From an uncultured bacterium (GTDB taxonomy: Bacteria; Zixibacteria; MSB-5A5; CAIYYT01), in contig CAVPQS010000077.1 in NCBI GenBank assembly GCA_963707485.1, positions 646 to 64,645 on the forward strand: DNA of 64,000 nt, read 5' to 3'. The notes under the pieces are model-generated. The model was not told where the DNA came from, did no database searches, and was given only the letters and a program-made list of their open reading frames with translations. Every line of letters begins with the position of its first letter. Within the stretch, counting starts at the first letter, position 1. The position numbers were made by a program, and so were the translations under genes. Shown here one piece after another: positions 8,874 to 18,863 of this stretch.

Positions 8874-9608
8874 CTAATCGGTATCGTACTTTTTGCGTTC
8901 GCTCTTGGACACTTCGGTTGAAAGGGGATATATCTGGATTTCGGGAATCTGGGCGTAAGCCGGCGCATCGGCGACATCGCCAATCAGTCTGGCAACATCG
9001 GCGGTTTCGAGCAACTGCTGTCGTTTTGGATCGCCAGAGGAAACAATCTCACCCGCAGAGTTCATGTTATTCGGGAAGACGCTGGTAACGCGAATTTTAA
9101 ATGGCTTGAACTCAAGACGCAGCGAGTCGGCCAGACCCTGGAGCCCGAACTTGGAGGCGCAATAGGCGGAGATATTAGCCTGACCCTGTTTACCTCCGAT
9201 CGAATTAATGAAAACGATCTGCCCATGTGATTTTTTTAGGAGCGGAGCGGCTGCCTTGGTCATTAGGTAGTGCGATTTCAGGTTTACCGAGATGATTTGG
9301 TCCCAGGAAGCCTCGTCAAATTCCTCGATTGCACCCATCAAGAAAATGCCGGCATTATTTACAAGCAAGTCGAGTTGGCCAAACGATTCGCGGCAGATAC
9401 GCGCGACCTCGATACAAGTCCCCGCCTTGGTGATGTCGCCGGAAACGTACTTCACCTCAGGATGATCCGTCAAGATGCGAAGGGCATTTTGGGCCAATTG
9501 CTTTTCGAGCCCGACCAAGAGGAGTCGAAATCCGCGCGCCTGCAATTCCTTTGCCGTAGCCAGTCCGAGTCCCCGCGATCCACCGGTAACTATTGCCACA
9601 CGTTCCAA
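8874..9608 (-). CDS. SDR-family oxidoreductase (sepiapterin-reductase-like context)
   Basis: VAIVTGGSRGLGLATAKEL Rossmann motif, NNAG, YCASK (YxxxK). Confidence 0.85.
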   Translation of the reverse strand: MERVAIVTGGSRGLGLATAKELQARGFRLLLVGLEKQLAQNALRILTDHPEVKYVSGDITKAGTCIEVARICRESFGQLDLLVNNAGIFLMGAIEEFDEASWDQIISVNLKSHYLMTKAAAPLLKKSHGQIVFINSIGGKQGQANISAYCASKFGLQGLADSLRLEFKPFKIRVTSVFPNNMNSAGEIVSSGDPKRQQLLETADVARLIGDVADAPAYAQIPEIQIYPLSTEVSKSERKKYDTD

Positions 9609-9655
9609 AACTTTTCCTCCGCTTTAGTTATTCAGCACCAAAGAATCGAAATTCA

Positions 9656-10063
9656 CTATCGAGCCACTTCAAACCGGTTGTTTTCGGATTCCCAGAGAAC
9701 TACCCGAGAAAGCAGGTTCTTTCCAAGCGCAACATCGAGAATCTCAAAGATCTTGCCGGCGAATGCTTCCGTCGTTGGTATCAGTCCTTTCATAAACGGA
9801 ACATCGAGATTCAAGTTCTTGTGATCGACCTTGGATACGACTTCTGATTCGATAATCTGCTTCAGGGTTTTGAGATTGATAATCATCCCGTTTGCCGGAT
9901 CAATCTCGCCGGTGACGCTGACCTCAAGGATATAGTTGTGGCCATGTCCGTTGGGGTTAGAGCACTCGCCGAAAATTGCGCGATTTTCATCGTCCGACAG
10001 GCCGGGCTTATGCAGCCGATGTCCGGCGCAGAAGGTCATGCGTCTGGTAATTGTTGTTTTCAT
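9656..10063 (-). CDS. queD: 6-carboxy-5,6,7,8-tetrahydropterin synthase / 6-pyruvoyl-tetrahydropterin synthase family (QueD/PTPS)
   Basis: RRMTFCAGHRLH...ECSNPNGHGHNY carries the CxxH and HGH zinc-ligand motifs of the PTPS fold. 135 aa. Confidence 0.85.
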   Translation of the reverse strand: MKTTITRRMTFCAGHRLHKPGLSDDENRAIFGECSNPNGHGHNYILEVSVTGEIDPANGMIINLKTLKQIIESEVVSKVDHKNLNLDVPFMKGLIPTTEAFAGKIFEILDVALGKNLLSRVVLWESENNRFEVAR

Positions 10064-10069
10064 AGTCCA

Positions 10070-10840
10070 TCACGCCGGCGCTATGCCGGTAAGAATAATG
10101 TTTTCTCCAGTAAGAGGTTCTGAATCATCGGATGCGAGGTACAAGACGTGTTTTGCCACCTGTTCAGCCGCGAGATTGGCTTTTACGCCCGGAGGCAATG
10201 CCGACCGCATCATCTGCGTATCAACTCCAGACAGGGAAATCTGGTTCACGCGGATATTGTTGTTCATGTTTTCAAGCGCAAGCATCTCGGTAAGTCCCCA
10301 CAAAGCGTACTTTGTCATATCGTACGCGCCGAAGCCGGGGAATTTTTGCACTCCGAAACAGCCGGACAGAGAGGAAATATTGACGATCGTCCCGCCGCCG
10401 CGCTCGATCATCATCGGCAGTACCTTCTGGCTCAACAATAGCGGGGCGGTCACATTAATAGCCAGCATCGCCTGAAAATCGGCGGGCTTGTACTCTGCCA
10501 GCAGCGACTTAATCAAGATCGCCGCGTTGTTCACGAGAACGTCGATTTTGATATCAGCGGATGCCACTTTCGCGAACAGTTGTTCAATTTGCAACTGTTG
10601 CGCGAGGTCCATTGATTCGGCCATCACGTCTGCGCCACGACGGCTGCAGGACAGCGCCGCCTGACCAAGCTCATCTTTGGATCGGGCAACGATCACAAGG
10701 TTAGCGCCGGCATCGGCAAAAGCTTCGGCGATAGCGCGGCCGACGCCACGTCCGGCACCGGTGACCAACGCGGTCTTGCCGGCGAGTTTCTTTTTTATCT
10801 CCATTGCTTCCAAATAATGACAATCGAGTCGCTTTGGCAA
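10070..10840 (-). CDS. SDR-family oxidoreductase
   Basis: TALVTGAGRGVGRAIAEAFA, NNAA, YDMTK. Likely start at MEIKKK (10804). Confidence 0.85.
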   Translation of the reverse strand: MPKRLDCHYLEAMEIKKKLAGKTALVTGAGRGVGRAIAEAFADAGANLVIVARSKDELGQAALSCSRRGADVMAESMDLAQQLQIEQLFAKVASADIKIDVLVNNAAILIKSLLAEYKPADFQAMLAINVTAPLLLSQKVLPMMIERGGGTIVNISSLSGCFGVQKFPGFGAYDMTKYALWGLTEMLALENMNNNIRVNQISLSGVDTQMMRSALPPGVKANLAAEQVAKHVLYLASDDSEPLTGENIILTGIAPA

Positions 10841-10998
10841 TGGTTGAAATGCGGATTGACCGGAACAGAAAGGACTGGATACGGTTGCAAAGTGGAACGG
10901 ATTTGTTTATGTTCGTTCAAGCGTTAGAATTTCAGCCGAGTACGACCTTTCTCGACTACATAATTAGAAGAATCTCACTCTATGCATAGAGGAAAACG

Positions 10999-12366
10999 AT
11001 GCCAAAGTTGAATAACATTCTTGAAGCCATCGGCAATACGCCGCTTGTGCAACTCAGGCGCATGATGCCGGAAGGCTCCGCCGATGTCTTTGCCAAGCTT
11101 GAATTCATGAATCCGGGTGGTTCGATCAAGGACCGCATGGCGCGCTATATTATCGAAGATGCCGAGAAGCGCGGCGAACTCAAATCTGGGATGATCGTAG
11201 AAAACACCTCGGGCAATACCGGTGTTGGTGTCGCCATTGTGGCCGCAGTAAAAGGATACAGGGCGATATTCACGATTCCCGACAAGATGTCGGATGAGAA
11301 GATCAACCTGCTCAAAGCTTTTGGCGCCAAGGTCATTGTTACCAAGACTAATGTGCCGGCCGACAGCCCGGAGTCGTACTACGAGACGGCCAAGCGCATC
11401 CATCGCGAAAACCCGGGGTCGTTCTACCTCAATCAATATCATAACCCAAAGAACATCGAGGCTCATTACAATCTCACAGGTCCGGAAATCTGGAAGGACA
11501 TGGACGGCAAGATAGACTATTTCGTCGCGGGTATCGGCACAGGCGGGACATTGTCAGGAGCCGGCAAGTTTCTCAAGGAGAAAGACAAGAATATCAAGAT
11601 CATTGCTGTTGATCCGTACGGGTCGGTGTTTTACGACTTCTTTAAGACCGGCAAACCGGGCAAACCGGAGGTCTATAAGGTTGAAGGCATCGGCGAGGAC
11701 ATGATCACCCAAGCGATGGATTTCTCGGTTGTCGACGATATGATTCAGGTCAACGACCGCGACTGTTTTCTGACCGGACGCGAGTTGACGACGAAGGAAG
11801 GCATATTTGCCGGCGGATCTTCGGGCGCAGCGGTCTGGGGTGCGATTCAAGTGGCTAAGAAGGTCGGTCCCGGGAAGCGGATTGTTGTTGTTCTGCCGGA
11901 TAGCGGCACGCGCTATCTTTCAAAGATGTTCAACGAGACCTGGATGCGCGATTATGGATTTCTCGAAGAGCGCCCGGAGCTTGGAACGGTACAGCAAATA
12001 CTCGACCGCAAGAACGGTCAGGAGATTATTTCGGCAGCCAACGACGACACGCTTCACAATGTGATCGATAAGATGAAGAAGTTCGATATCTCGCAGTTGC
12101 CGGTATTAGAAGCTGGAGAATTGATTGGATTGATTCGCGAATCCGATTTACTGAGCCTGATGGTAGCGGGCCGATATTCGCCGTCACATCCGATAAGAGA
12201 TGCGGTCGTTCACGATTATCATATGGCGGCGCGCTCGATGCCGGTTTCGCGGTTGGCGGAGTTATTCTCAAAATCGAATGCAGATGTCGTTTTTGCTGTT
12301 GATAACCGCAAGCTGGTTGGTATCTTGACCAAGATTGATTTAATCGACTATCTCGCAGGAGCATGA
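10999..12366 (+). CDS. Cystathionine beta-synthase (PLP cysteine-synthase fold plus C-terminal CBS-domain pair)
   Basis: GNTPLV...GGSIKDR...SGNTG and a C-terminal roughly 120-aa CBS pair (DTLHNVIDKM...VLE..GLIRESDLL..). 455 aa. Confidence 0.85.
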   Translation: MPKLNNILEAIGNTPLVQLRRMMPEGSADVFAKLEFMNPGGSIKDRMARYIIEDAEKRGELKSGMIVENTSGNTGVGVAIVAAVKGYRAIFTIPDKMSDEKINLLKAFGAKVIVTKTNVPADSPESYYETAKRIHRENPGSFYLNQYHNPKNIEAHYNLTGPEIWKDMDGKIDYFVAGIGTGGTLSGAGKFLKEKDKNIKIIAVDPYGSVFYDFFKTGKPGKPEVYKVEGIGEDMITQAMDFSVVDDMIQVNDRDCFLTGRELTTKEGIFAGGSSGAAVWGAIQVAKKVGPGKRIVVVLPDSGTRYLSKMFNETWMRDYGFLEERPELGTVQQILDRKNGQEIISAANDDTLHNVIDKMKKFDISQLPVLEAGELIGLIRESDLLSLMVAGRYSPSHPIRDAVVHDYHMAARSMPVSRLAELFSKSNADVVFAVDNRKLVGILTKIDLIDYLAGA

Positions 12367-13535
12367 TTTTGAAAGATTACGTACCTTCGCAGCATCAATT
12401 TGAGACAAACGCCATTCATGCCGGTCAACCGCCTGATCCGAGCACTGGCGCAATCACTTTTCCGATTTACGCAACTTCGACGTATGTGCAGGAAGGCATC
12501 GGCGGCCACAAGGGATTCGAATACTCTCGGACGGCGAATCCGACGCGTTGCGCGTTGGAAGAGTGCCTTGCGTCTCTTGAGGGCGCAAAGTACGGGCTAT
12601 GTTTCGCCTCCGGTATGGCGGCAACTTCAAATATTCTGACGCTGCTCAAGGCCGGCGATCATGTCGTGTGTTCAGATGATCTTTATGGCGGGACCCCGCG
12701 CGTCTTCAACAAGGTCTACGCCGATTTCGGCATAGAGTTTACCTATGTCGACACCTCATATACAGATAGAATTGAGAGCGCAATCAAGCCGAACACGAAG
12801 ATGGTCTTTATAGAGACTCCAACCAATCCGATGTTGAAGATTACCGAAATTCGGGCTGTTGCGACGCTGACGAGCAGGAAGAACTTGATATTAGTCGTCG
12901 ACAACACTTTTGCCTCGCCGTTTTTGCAGCGTCCATTGGATTTGGGAGCAGATATTGTTGTGCATTCGACCACGAAATATATAAATGGACATGCCGATTC
13001 AGTTGGCGGGGCGGTACTGACTTCGAACGAGAAGTGCCATGAGCGAATGAAGTACTGTCAGAATGCAGTCGGCGGAATTATGGGACCGTTCGACGCGTTT
13101 CTTACCATGCGCGGCGTCAAGACGCTGGCTCTGCGAATGGAACGCCAGTGCGAAAACGCAATGAATCTTGCGATTTACCTGGAGAGCCATCCCAAGGTGG
13201 AACACGTCTACTACCCGGGCCTCGAGTCATTTCCACAACACAAGATTGCCGAGCGCCAAATGCGGCTGTATGGCGGAATGATTTCGTTTGTGATTAAGGG
13301 AGGACTCGAATCCGCCAAGAAGATGTTGGCAAACACACCAATTTTTGGTCTGGCGGAGTCGCTGGGCGGCGTCGAGTCGCTGATCCAGCATCCCGCGATG
13401 ATGACTCATGCTTCGGTTGCCAAGGAAGTTCGCGACAAGATCGGCATCAGCGATGGTCTTGTGCGTGTCTCGGCCGGAATCGAAGCCTACGAGGACCTTA
13501 AGCGCGCATTAGATGTCGGCTTTAGCTACGTATAG
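12363..13535 (+). CDS. Cystathionine gamma-lyase/gamma-synthase family PLP enzyme (reverse transsulfuration)
   Basis: AIHAG...YSRTANPTR...VVHSTTKYINGHAD (PLP-Lys) motifs. Overlaps the CBS stop by 4 bp. Confidence 0.85.
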   Translation: MILKDYVPSQHQFETNAIHAGQPPDPSTGAITFPIYATSTYVQEGIGGHKGFEYSRTANPTRCALEECLASLEGAKYGLCFASGMAATSNILTLLKAGDHVVCSDDLYGGTPRVFNKVYADFGIEFTYVDTSYTDRIESAIKPNTKMVFIETPTNPMLKITEIRAVATLTSRKNLILVVDNTFASPFLQRPLDLGADIVVHSTTKYINGHADSVGGAVLTSNEKCHERMKYCQNAVGGIMGPFDAFLTMRGVKTLALRMERQCENAMNLAIYLESHPKVEHVYYPGLESFPQHKIAERQMRLYGGMISFVIKGGLESAKKMLANTPIFGLAESLGGVESLIQHPAMMTHASVAKEVRDKIGISDGLVRVSAGIEAYEDLKRALDVGFSYV

Positions 13536-13589
13536 TAACCCCGAAGCGGACCGATTTCCGGCCTGCTTCATCTTAGACAGGTTGTCTCC

Positions 13590-13985
13590 ATGTACAATAC
13601 CAGCTACACATTCGGAGTCGAAACGACAATGGGATTTGACGATGCGCGCAAGCGTGTCGAAGAATTGCTTAAAGAGGTCGGGTTCGGCATTTTAACTGAA
13701 ATTGACGTCAAAGCGACGATGAAGAAGAAGCTTGATGTAGAATTTCGCCCCTATGTTATCCTTGGCGCCTGCAATCCCAAGATCGCCCATGAGGCATTCA
13801 AGCGCGAACTTGAGATCGGGTCGTTGTTGCCGTGTAATGTCATCGTATATGCTAATGACAAGGGCGGCACCAATGTTTCGTTTATGGATCCGCTGGCGGT
13901 ATTGGGGTTGACCGGCAACAAGGATCTGACTGCGCAGGCAACCCAGGTGCGCGAATTGCTGCAGACGGTGGCCGGCAAGATTTAG
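13590..13985 (+). CDS. DUF302 domain protein
   Basis: YVILGACNPKIAHEAF and overall 130-aa length match the DUF302 pattern. Confidence 0.6.
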   Translation: MYNTSYTFGVETTMGFDDARKRVEELLKEVGFGILTEIDVKATMKKKLDVEFRPYVILGACNPKIAHEAFKRELEIGSLLPCNVIVYANDKGGTNVSFMDPLAVLGLTGNKDLTAQATQVRELLQTVAGKI

Positions 13986-14063
13986 AGATCCCGAGAGCTC
14001 GGCGGGGCTGTTCGCTGATTTTTCTCGTCCAAAGCGCGTCAACACCACATCTTCGCCGTTGCT

Positions 14064-15176
14064 ATGAAAGCAACCGCAACACCACGAATAGTTCAGATCG
14101 GCGCCGTGCCGCCGCCTTACGGCGGCGTGTCGGTGCATTTGAGCCGACTCATGGAGCGCCTGCGCCATGAGGGACTGGCCTGTCAGTTGATCGATATCAG
14201 CGGGATTTCCAAGCAGCAAGATGGCGTCATTTGCCTGTCATGGCGAAAGGCGCTGATGGCTTTGTTGCGACATAAATCGGCAATTGTGCATTTCCACAAC
14301 TTTGCGCCGCGAAACCTCTATCCTTATTCGATCCTGGCGACCCGGCATCGGACGGTGCTTTCCTTTCACAATGAGCGATTTGCCGCTGAGATGAAGAAAT
14401 ACAGCGCCATTGAACAGGGTTTGTTCATTCGGATGCTCGACAATTTCGACTCGATAGTTGTCGACAGTGACGCCAACCTTGAGCTCGCGCGGTCGCTCGG
14501 AATAAGCGACACGAAGCTATTGGTTATTCCGGAGTTTCTGTTACCAAGCAGCTTACCGAACTCAGTTCAGTCGCTGCCACAGGAAATTTCGGAGTTGCGA
14601 ACGAAGCATCGCTGTATGCTCGCCACCAATGCCTTCAGTCTGGCTTTTTATCGGGGCGAAGACCTCTATGGGATCGATCTAATTATTGAATTGATGGGAC
14701 GACTTGGAGAGAAGTCGGATTTAGATGTTGCGGCTGTGATCCTTCTTCCAAATCCTGACAATCCTGAGTATTTAGCGAGATTACAGTCGCGAATACGTGA
14801 ACTGTCAATTCAGGATCGCTGTTTGATCGTGACAACGCCGTTGGCGGAGACATCGCTGCTATGGAAGAATGCCGACGTGGTAATCCGGGCGACAAACACG
14901 GACGGCAATTCGATGAGCATTCTTGAAGCTCTTGCCTGCGGCACACCGGTCATTGCCAGCGACTGCGTCGAAAGGCACCGGGCAGTACAATTGTTCGAAA
15001 ATCGCAATGTCGATAGTCTGACGACAACAACACTGCAAGTATTGGCCAATCTCGAACACCACCGTTCAATGGCGAAAGCAGCGCAGCTTGAGGACAACGG
15101 GGCAAAGTTCGTTGCGCTGTATCGCCGACTTTTGGCGACATTTGAGTTTGGCACACGACCGATGGAAAAGTCGTGA
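14064..15176 (+). CDS. Glycosyltransferase family 4 (GT-B, retaining)
   Basis: EALACGTPVIASD and the E-x7-E region of GT4. 370 aa. Confidence 0.7.
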   Translation: MKATATPRIVQIGAVPPPYGGVSVHLSRLMERLRHEGLACQLIDISGISKQQDGVICLSWRKALMALLRHKSAIVHFHNFAPRNLYPYSILATRHRTVLSFHNERFAAEMKKYSAIEQGLFIRMLDNFDSIVVDSDANLELARSLGISDTKLLVIPEFLLPSSLPNSVQSLPQEISELRTKHRCMLATNAFSLAFYRGEDLYGIDLIIELMGRLGEKSDLDVAAVILLPNPDNPEYLARLQSRIRELSIQDRCLIVTTPLAETSLLWKNADVVIRATNTDGNSMSILEALACGTPVIASDCVERHRAVQLFENRNVDSLTTTTLQVLANLEHHRSMAKAAQLEDNGAKFVALYRRLLATFEFGTRPMEKS

Positions 15177-16480
15177 GCAAGATTGCGGCGGCTATTTCCG
15201 GGGCGATTAGGAATGCCGGCGCTAAAGGGTTCTTTCACTTGTTTTCGGCAAACATCGTTATCAGCGTGCTTGCGTTTGGTTCGCAGTTGCTGGTAATCAA
15301 GTTTCTCACGCCATCGGAAATGGCGGATATCAAGACAATGCAGTCGTTTGCAGGTATCGGTGCGATTATCGCCGGGTTTGGATTCAATGCCGCAGTTTTG
15401 AAACTATGTTCGGAGTCTCGACCTGAAGGCGAACGGAGCGCGATCTTTCGCCGGAGTCTGACCCTGACGATACCGCCAATTTTAGCGGTACTGGTAGTCG
15501 GCGTAATTGCTGCCTGGCTCGGATTGTTCTCGCCCGAACAACGCGTGAACCAATGGATGATCGTTTTCTTGCTGTCGATCCCGGCGACGGTGATTACGTC
15601 GCTCATCATGATGTATCTTCAGGCGCGCAAGCAGATCAAGCTGATGGCGACAACGCAGACGGCGATTCGCGTCATCGGGTTGACCGTAATTGTTGCGGCC
15701 AGCTATGTGTATGGATTTCAAGGTTTTGTGGCGGCGACGGTGATAGTGGCAACGGCGGCGGTTATTCCGTTGCTGCGGATGGTTCGCGCCGACCTGCTGG
15801 TCGCTAAAGGAACGGCGGCGGTTACGAAAATCTGGTATTATGCGCGCTGGAGCATGGCGGCCAACTTGGTCGCTGCGATCAACAGCTATCTGGACATCTT
15901 GATGCTGAATTATCTGGTTGATGATCGCGTGGGTATCGGCTTCTATAGCGTAGCGACGATTTTCGTACTCGGGCTGAACCAGGCAACGGCGACCGTTCAG
16001 GCGATTGCGACACCTTACTTTTCCGAATACAGTCACAACGAAGCGCAGTTCATGCGGGTGCTGCGAAAGTACCAAAAGTTGCTGATACTACTTGCATTGG
16101 TTCTGACCGCAATTTCGATGATAGTTGTGCCTTGGTTTATTCAGGCGGTTTACGGCGACAGTTACGCGCAGGCGGGAATGTTTTTTCGAATCCTCGCAGT
16201 AAAGTACTTCCTCTGGAGCTGCTACGCGTTGTTAGGTATTGCGATCTGGGGCATAGGGAAAATGAAATTTAGCTTTTATAGCGTACTGGCGGCTTTGATC
16301 GTTTCCTCAGTAGTCAGCTATTGGCTCATACTGGACCGGGGAATTCAGGGAGCGGCCATCGCTCAAGTTGTGTCTTATTTGTTGAACTTGATTATCGTAG
16401 CAGTGATGACAAAATTGGCACTGCGCGATCATTTCGCCAGGATGCCTGGCAAACCAGCAAATGACGAGGGCATTAAATGA
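15173..16480 (+). CDS. Polysaccharide biosynthesis / oligosaccharide flippase (Wzx-like, MOP superfamily)
   Basis: 435 aa with 12 or more hydrophobic segments. Overlaps the GT stop by 4 bp. Confidence 0.65.
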   Translation: MSKIAAAISGAIRNAGAKGFFHLFSANIVISVLAFGSQLLVIKFLTPSEMADIKTMQSFAGIGAIIAGFGFNAAVLKLCSESRPEGERSAIFRRSLTLTIPPILAVLVVGVIAAWLGLFSPEQRVNQWMIVFLLSIPATVITSLIMMYLQARKQIKLMATTQTAIRVIGLTVIVAASYVYGFQGFVAATVIVATAAVIPLLRMVRADLLVAKGTAAVTKIWYYARWSMAANLVAAINSYLDILMLNYLVDDRVGIGFYSVATIFVLGLNQATATVQAIATPYFSEYSHNEAQFMRVLRKYQKLLILLALVLTAISMIVVPWFIQAVYGDSYAQAGMFFRILAVKYFLWSCYALLGIAIWGIGKMKFSFYSVLAALIVSSVVSYWLILDRGIQGAAIAQVVSYLLNLIIVAVMTKLALRDHFARMPGKPANDEGIK

Positions 16481-17123
16481 GATTGTCGAGCCTGGTAAAT
16501 CCGATGAGCTACTATACCTACTTTCGCAAGCGCACGCTGCTTAGTCGCTTTCGAGGGGTAGGCGCCAATTTTCTGTTCGATCCGCTCAGCACTATTCTGA
16601 CGCCGGAGCAGATCGAAATAGGGGACAATGTCTTTATCGGCGAGCGGGCGCATATCTCGGCGGAAGTCAGTATTGGCAACAATGTGATGTTTGGTCCGCG
16701 GCCGATGCTGATCGGAGGCGACCACTACTTTGCGGTGCGAGGCAAAAGTGTGCGATTTATGCATCCACAGGGGCGGGAAAATATCGAGCCGATTGTGATC
16801 GAAGACGAGGCATGGTTTGGCGCCGGTGTGATTATTCTGGGGAATGTCACTGCCGGCATGGGTTGCGTGGTCGGAGCCGGGAGTCTGGTTTCAAAATCGA
16901 TACCACCATCTTTACGGTGGCCGTCGGGAATCCGTGCCGTCCGGTAAAACGGATCTTCGACGATGTGATCCTCAGCGAGCATTTGCTCATGATTGGCTGC
17001 AATGAAAATCGCGCAAACGAGATAGTCGCGCGAAGGCAGAGTGAATTGAGAGCTTGGCGCTGCGCCGACTTGGCGACAATCGGCAAGACTGACCTTTACT
17101 GGGAAACCCGTCCCAACAATTAA
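16477..17123 (+). pseudogene. Hexapeptide-repeat (LbH) O-acetyltransferase disrupted by a frameshift near 16912
   Basis: Frame A (16477..16947) reads ...GAGSLVSKSIPP then junk, and frame B (16812..17123) continues TIFTVAVGNPCRPVKRIFDD.... Together these reconstitute the canonical ...IPPxxIAVGNPARxIKxRFDD C-terminus, so one base is missing after CCACCA near 16911. Confidence 0.7.
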
Positions 17124-17183
17124 AACGCAGAGGCTGCATTTGCAGCCTCTGCGCATCGAATTTAGTTCACAGGCAAAATCCAG

Positions 17184-18692
17184 TTAACACGTAGAGCAGG
17201 GCGCGGGGCCTCCCGAGAAAATGTAATTGATAAGATACACGGCGTCGGAGATTGTGACAATGCCATTGCAGTCGGAATCGCCGGCGCTCAGCGGACTCGG
17301 CGCCGGACCGCCGGCAAAGATGTAGTTGATGAGATAAACTGCGTCGGAGATCGTGACGATGCTGTTGCCGTCGGCGTCGCCGCAGATGGGTCCGATTGGA
17401 TCGCAACTATCCGGGATGCCGTTTGAGTTGGTGTCGGGGACGACGCCATAGGCGATTTCGCAACTGTCCACTAAACCGTTCGAATTACAGTCGGTGATTG
17501 CAATATCCGGCACGATTTTGTAAATCTGGCCGCTTTGATAAATAAGGTACATTTCTCCGTAGTTGTCTTCACCAAACGAGACGAGCGAGGACGTAGAGGT
17601 CAATCCGAGTTCTGCGGTTCGATCCTGAAATTCTGTTTTACTTATGCCGTCATATCGGAACGACCAGACCGTGCCTTGACAATAGTCGCCGAAGAAATAG
17701 GTGCCCTGAAGATCGGGGATGGCGCAGCCGCTGTACGAATAACCGCCGGTCACGGAGCAACCGGAACCATGGCTGTATTCGTGTATGGGATCAATGGTTA
17801 TGCCGAGAGGATCGCAGTTAACGGAAGGATTGTAGCAATGTGCGCCCTCGCGCAATCTCCAGCCGAAGTTGATGTTGCCGGAGTCTGAAGCGGGGCGCCA
17901 GTCGATTTCTTCCCATTGATTCTGCCCGACATCAGCAATAAAGAGGTTGCCGGTCAGCCGATCGAAGCTGTTTCGCCAGGGATTGCGCAGGCCCCAATAG
18001 AATATTTCCTGTTGTTGAGGTCCGCCGAAAAACGGGTTACTGGGCGGAATAGCGTATGGTGATCCGGAATCGACGTCAATTCGGAGCATCTTGCCGAGCA
18101 TAGTATTCAAGTTTTGGCCGTTGTTGTTGGGGTCACCGCCGCCGCCGCCGTCACCGACGCCGATATAGAGGTAGCCATCTGGGCCGAAGCCAATCCAGCC
18201 GCCATTGTGGTTGTCTTCAACAGGGTGGCTGATGGTAAATAACGGGGTTCCGCTGGCGGGATTGGCGCTATCCGGGTTGGCGCCTGAGACTTGCCAGCGA
18301 GTTAGTACGTTGTTGCCGGCAGAATTTGTGTGGTAGGTAAAGAAGTAGCCATTGTTGGCGTAGTTCGGGTGAAACGCGAGCCCAAGCAAGCCTTCTTCGC
18401 TCGAAGTACTGACGGGACTGATCGTGTGGAACGGTTTGGGGTACATCGCATGAGTCGTGAGGTTCATTATTCGAATGTCGGCACGTGCAGCAGTTCCTCC
18501 CGACCCACGTTGCTCGACAATGAAGAGTCGCTGCAAGTCCCCCGGCGGTGATGTCGCAAAAACCGGGCGGGTCAAACTGCTGATGATCAAATCGGCCTTG
18601 ATCGGAGTTTGAGCTTCGAGAAAATCAGGTGGTGCAATTATCAAAGTGAGTATTGTGAATATGATGAGGTGGGCCAGATTTCGCGATTGCAT
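17184..18692 (-). CDS. PQQ-dependent sugar dehydrogenase (soluble glucose/sorbosone dehydrogenase family) with two C-terminal dockerin-like repeats
   Basis: GLLGLAFHPNYANNGYFFTYHT matches the sGDH family. Signal peptide present. The C-terminus reads CGDADGNSIVTISDAVYLINYIFAGGPAP, repeated twice (dockerin type I-like). Confidence 0.75.
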   Translation of the reverse strand: MQSRNLAHLIIFTILTLIIAPPDFLEAQTPIKADLIISSLTRPVFATSPPGDLQRLFIVEQRGSGGTAARADIRIMNLTTHAMYPKPFHTISPVSTSSEEGLLGLAFHPNYANNGYFFTYHTNSAGNNVLTRWQVSGANPDSANPASGTPLFTISHPVEDNHNGGWIGFGPDGYLYIGVGDGGGGGDPNNNGQNLNTMLGKMLRIDVDSGSPYAIPPSNPFFGGPQQQEIFYWGLRNPWRNSFDRLTGNLFIADVGQNQWEEIDWRPASDSGNINFGWRLREGAHCYNPSVNCDPLGITIDPIHEYSHGSGCSVTGGYSYSGCAIPDLQGTYFFGDYCQGTVWSFRYDGISKTEFQDRTAELGLTSTSSLVSFGEDNYGEMYLIYQSGQIYKIVPDIAITDCNSNGLVDSCEIAYGVVPDTNSNGIPDSCDPIGPICGDADGNSIVTISDAVYLINYIFAGGPAPSPLSAGDSDCNGIVTISDAVYLINYIFSGGPAPCSTC

Positions 18693-18863
18693 AGGAATCC
18701 TCCAGACTCGTTCTGAGAAGTAACGTTTTTAAGGACCTTTTAGATTATTCGTCGGTTGACAACCGAGAAGTACTTAGGTCGAGGGTAAACCTTTGTCGAA
18801 AAATGTACGCATCATGGAGCAATTTTGATGACGTTCGCGGGCAGCTTTTCGGAATACTTGCAG

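Noticed and set aside
9270-10475. Plus-strand ORFs (184, 84, 179, 61 and 97 aa) across the SDR-QueD-SDR genes
   Set aside because: They are antisense to three genes with strong family motifs.
10841-10998. Possible SAM or S-box riboswitch upstream of cystathionine beta-synthase
   Set aside because: I looked for the conserved S-box core (kink-turn and pseudoknot signature sequences) and found none. The region looks like a plain promoter and 5' UTR.
15482-16075. 197-aa Arg/His-rich minus ORF and the 84-aa + ORF at 15553
   Set aside because: Both fall inside the Wzx flippase gene. Their extreme R/H/D composition is typical of an off-frame read of a GC-rich membrane-protein gene.
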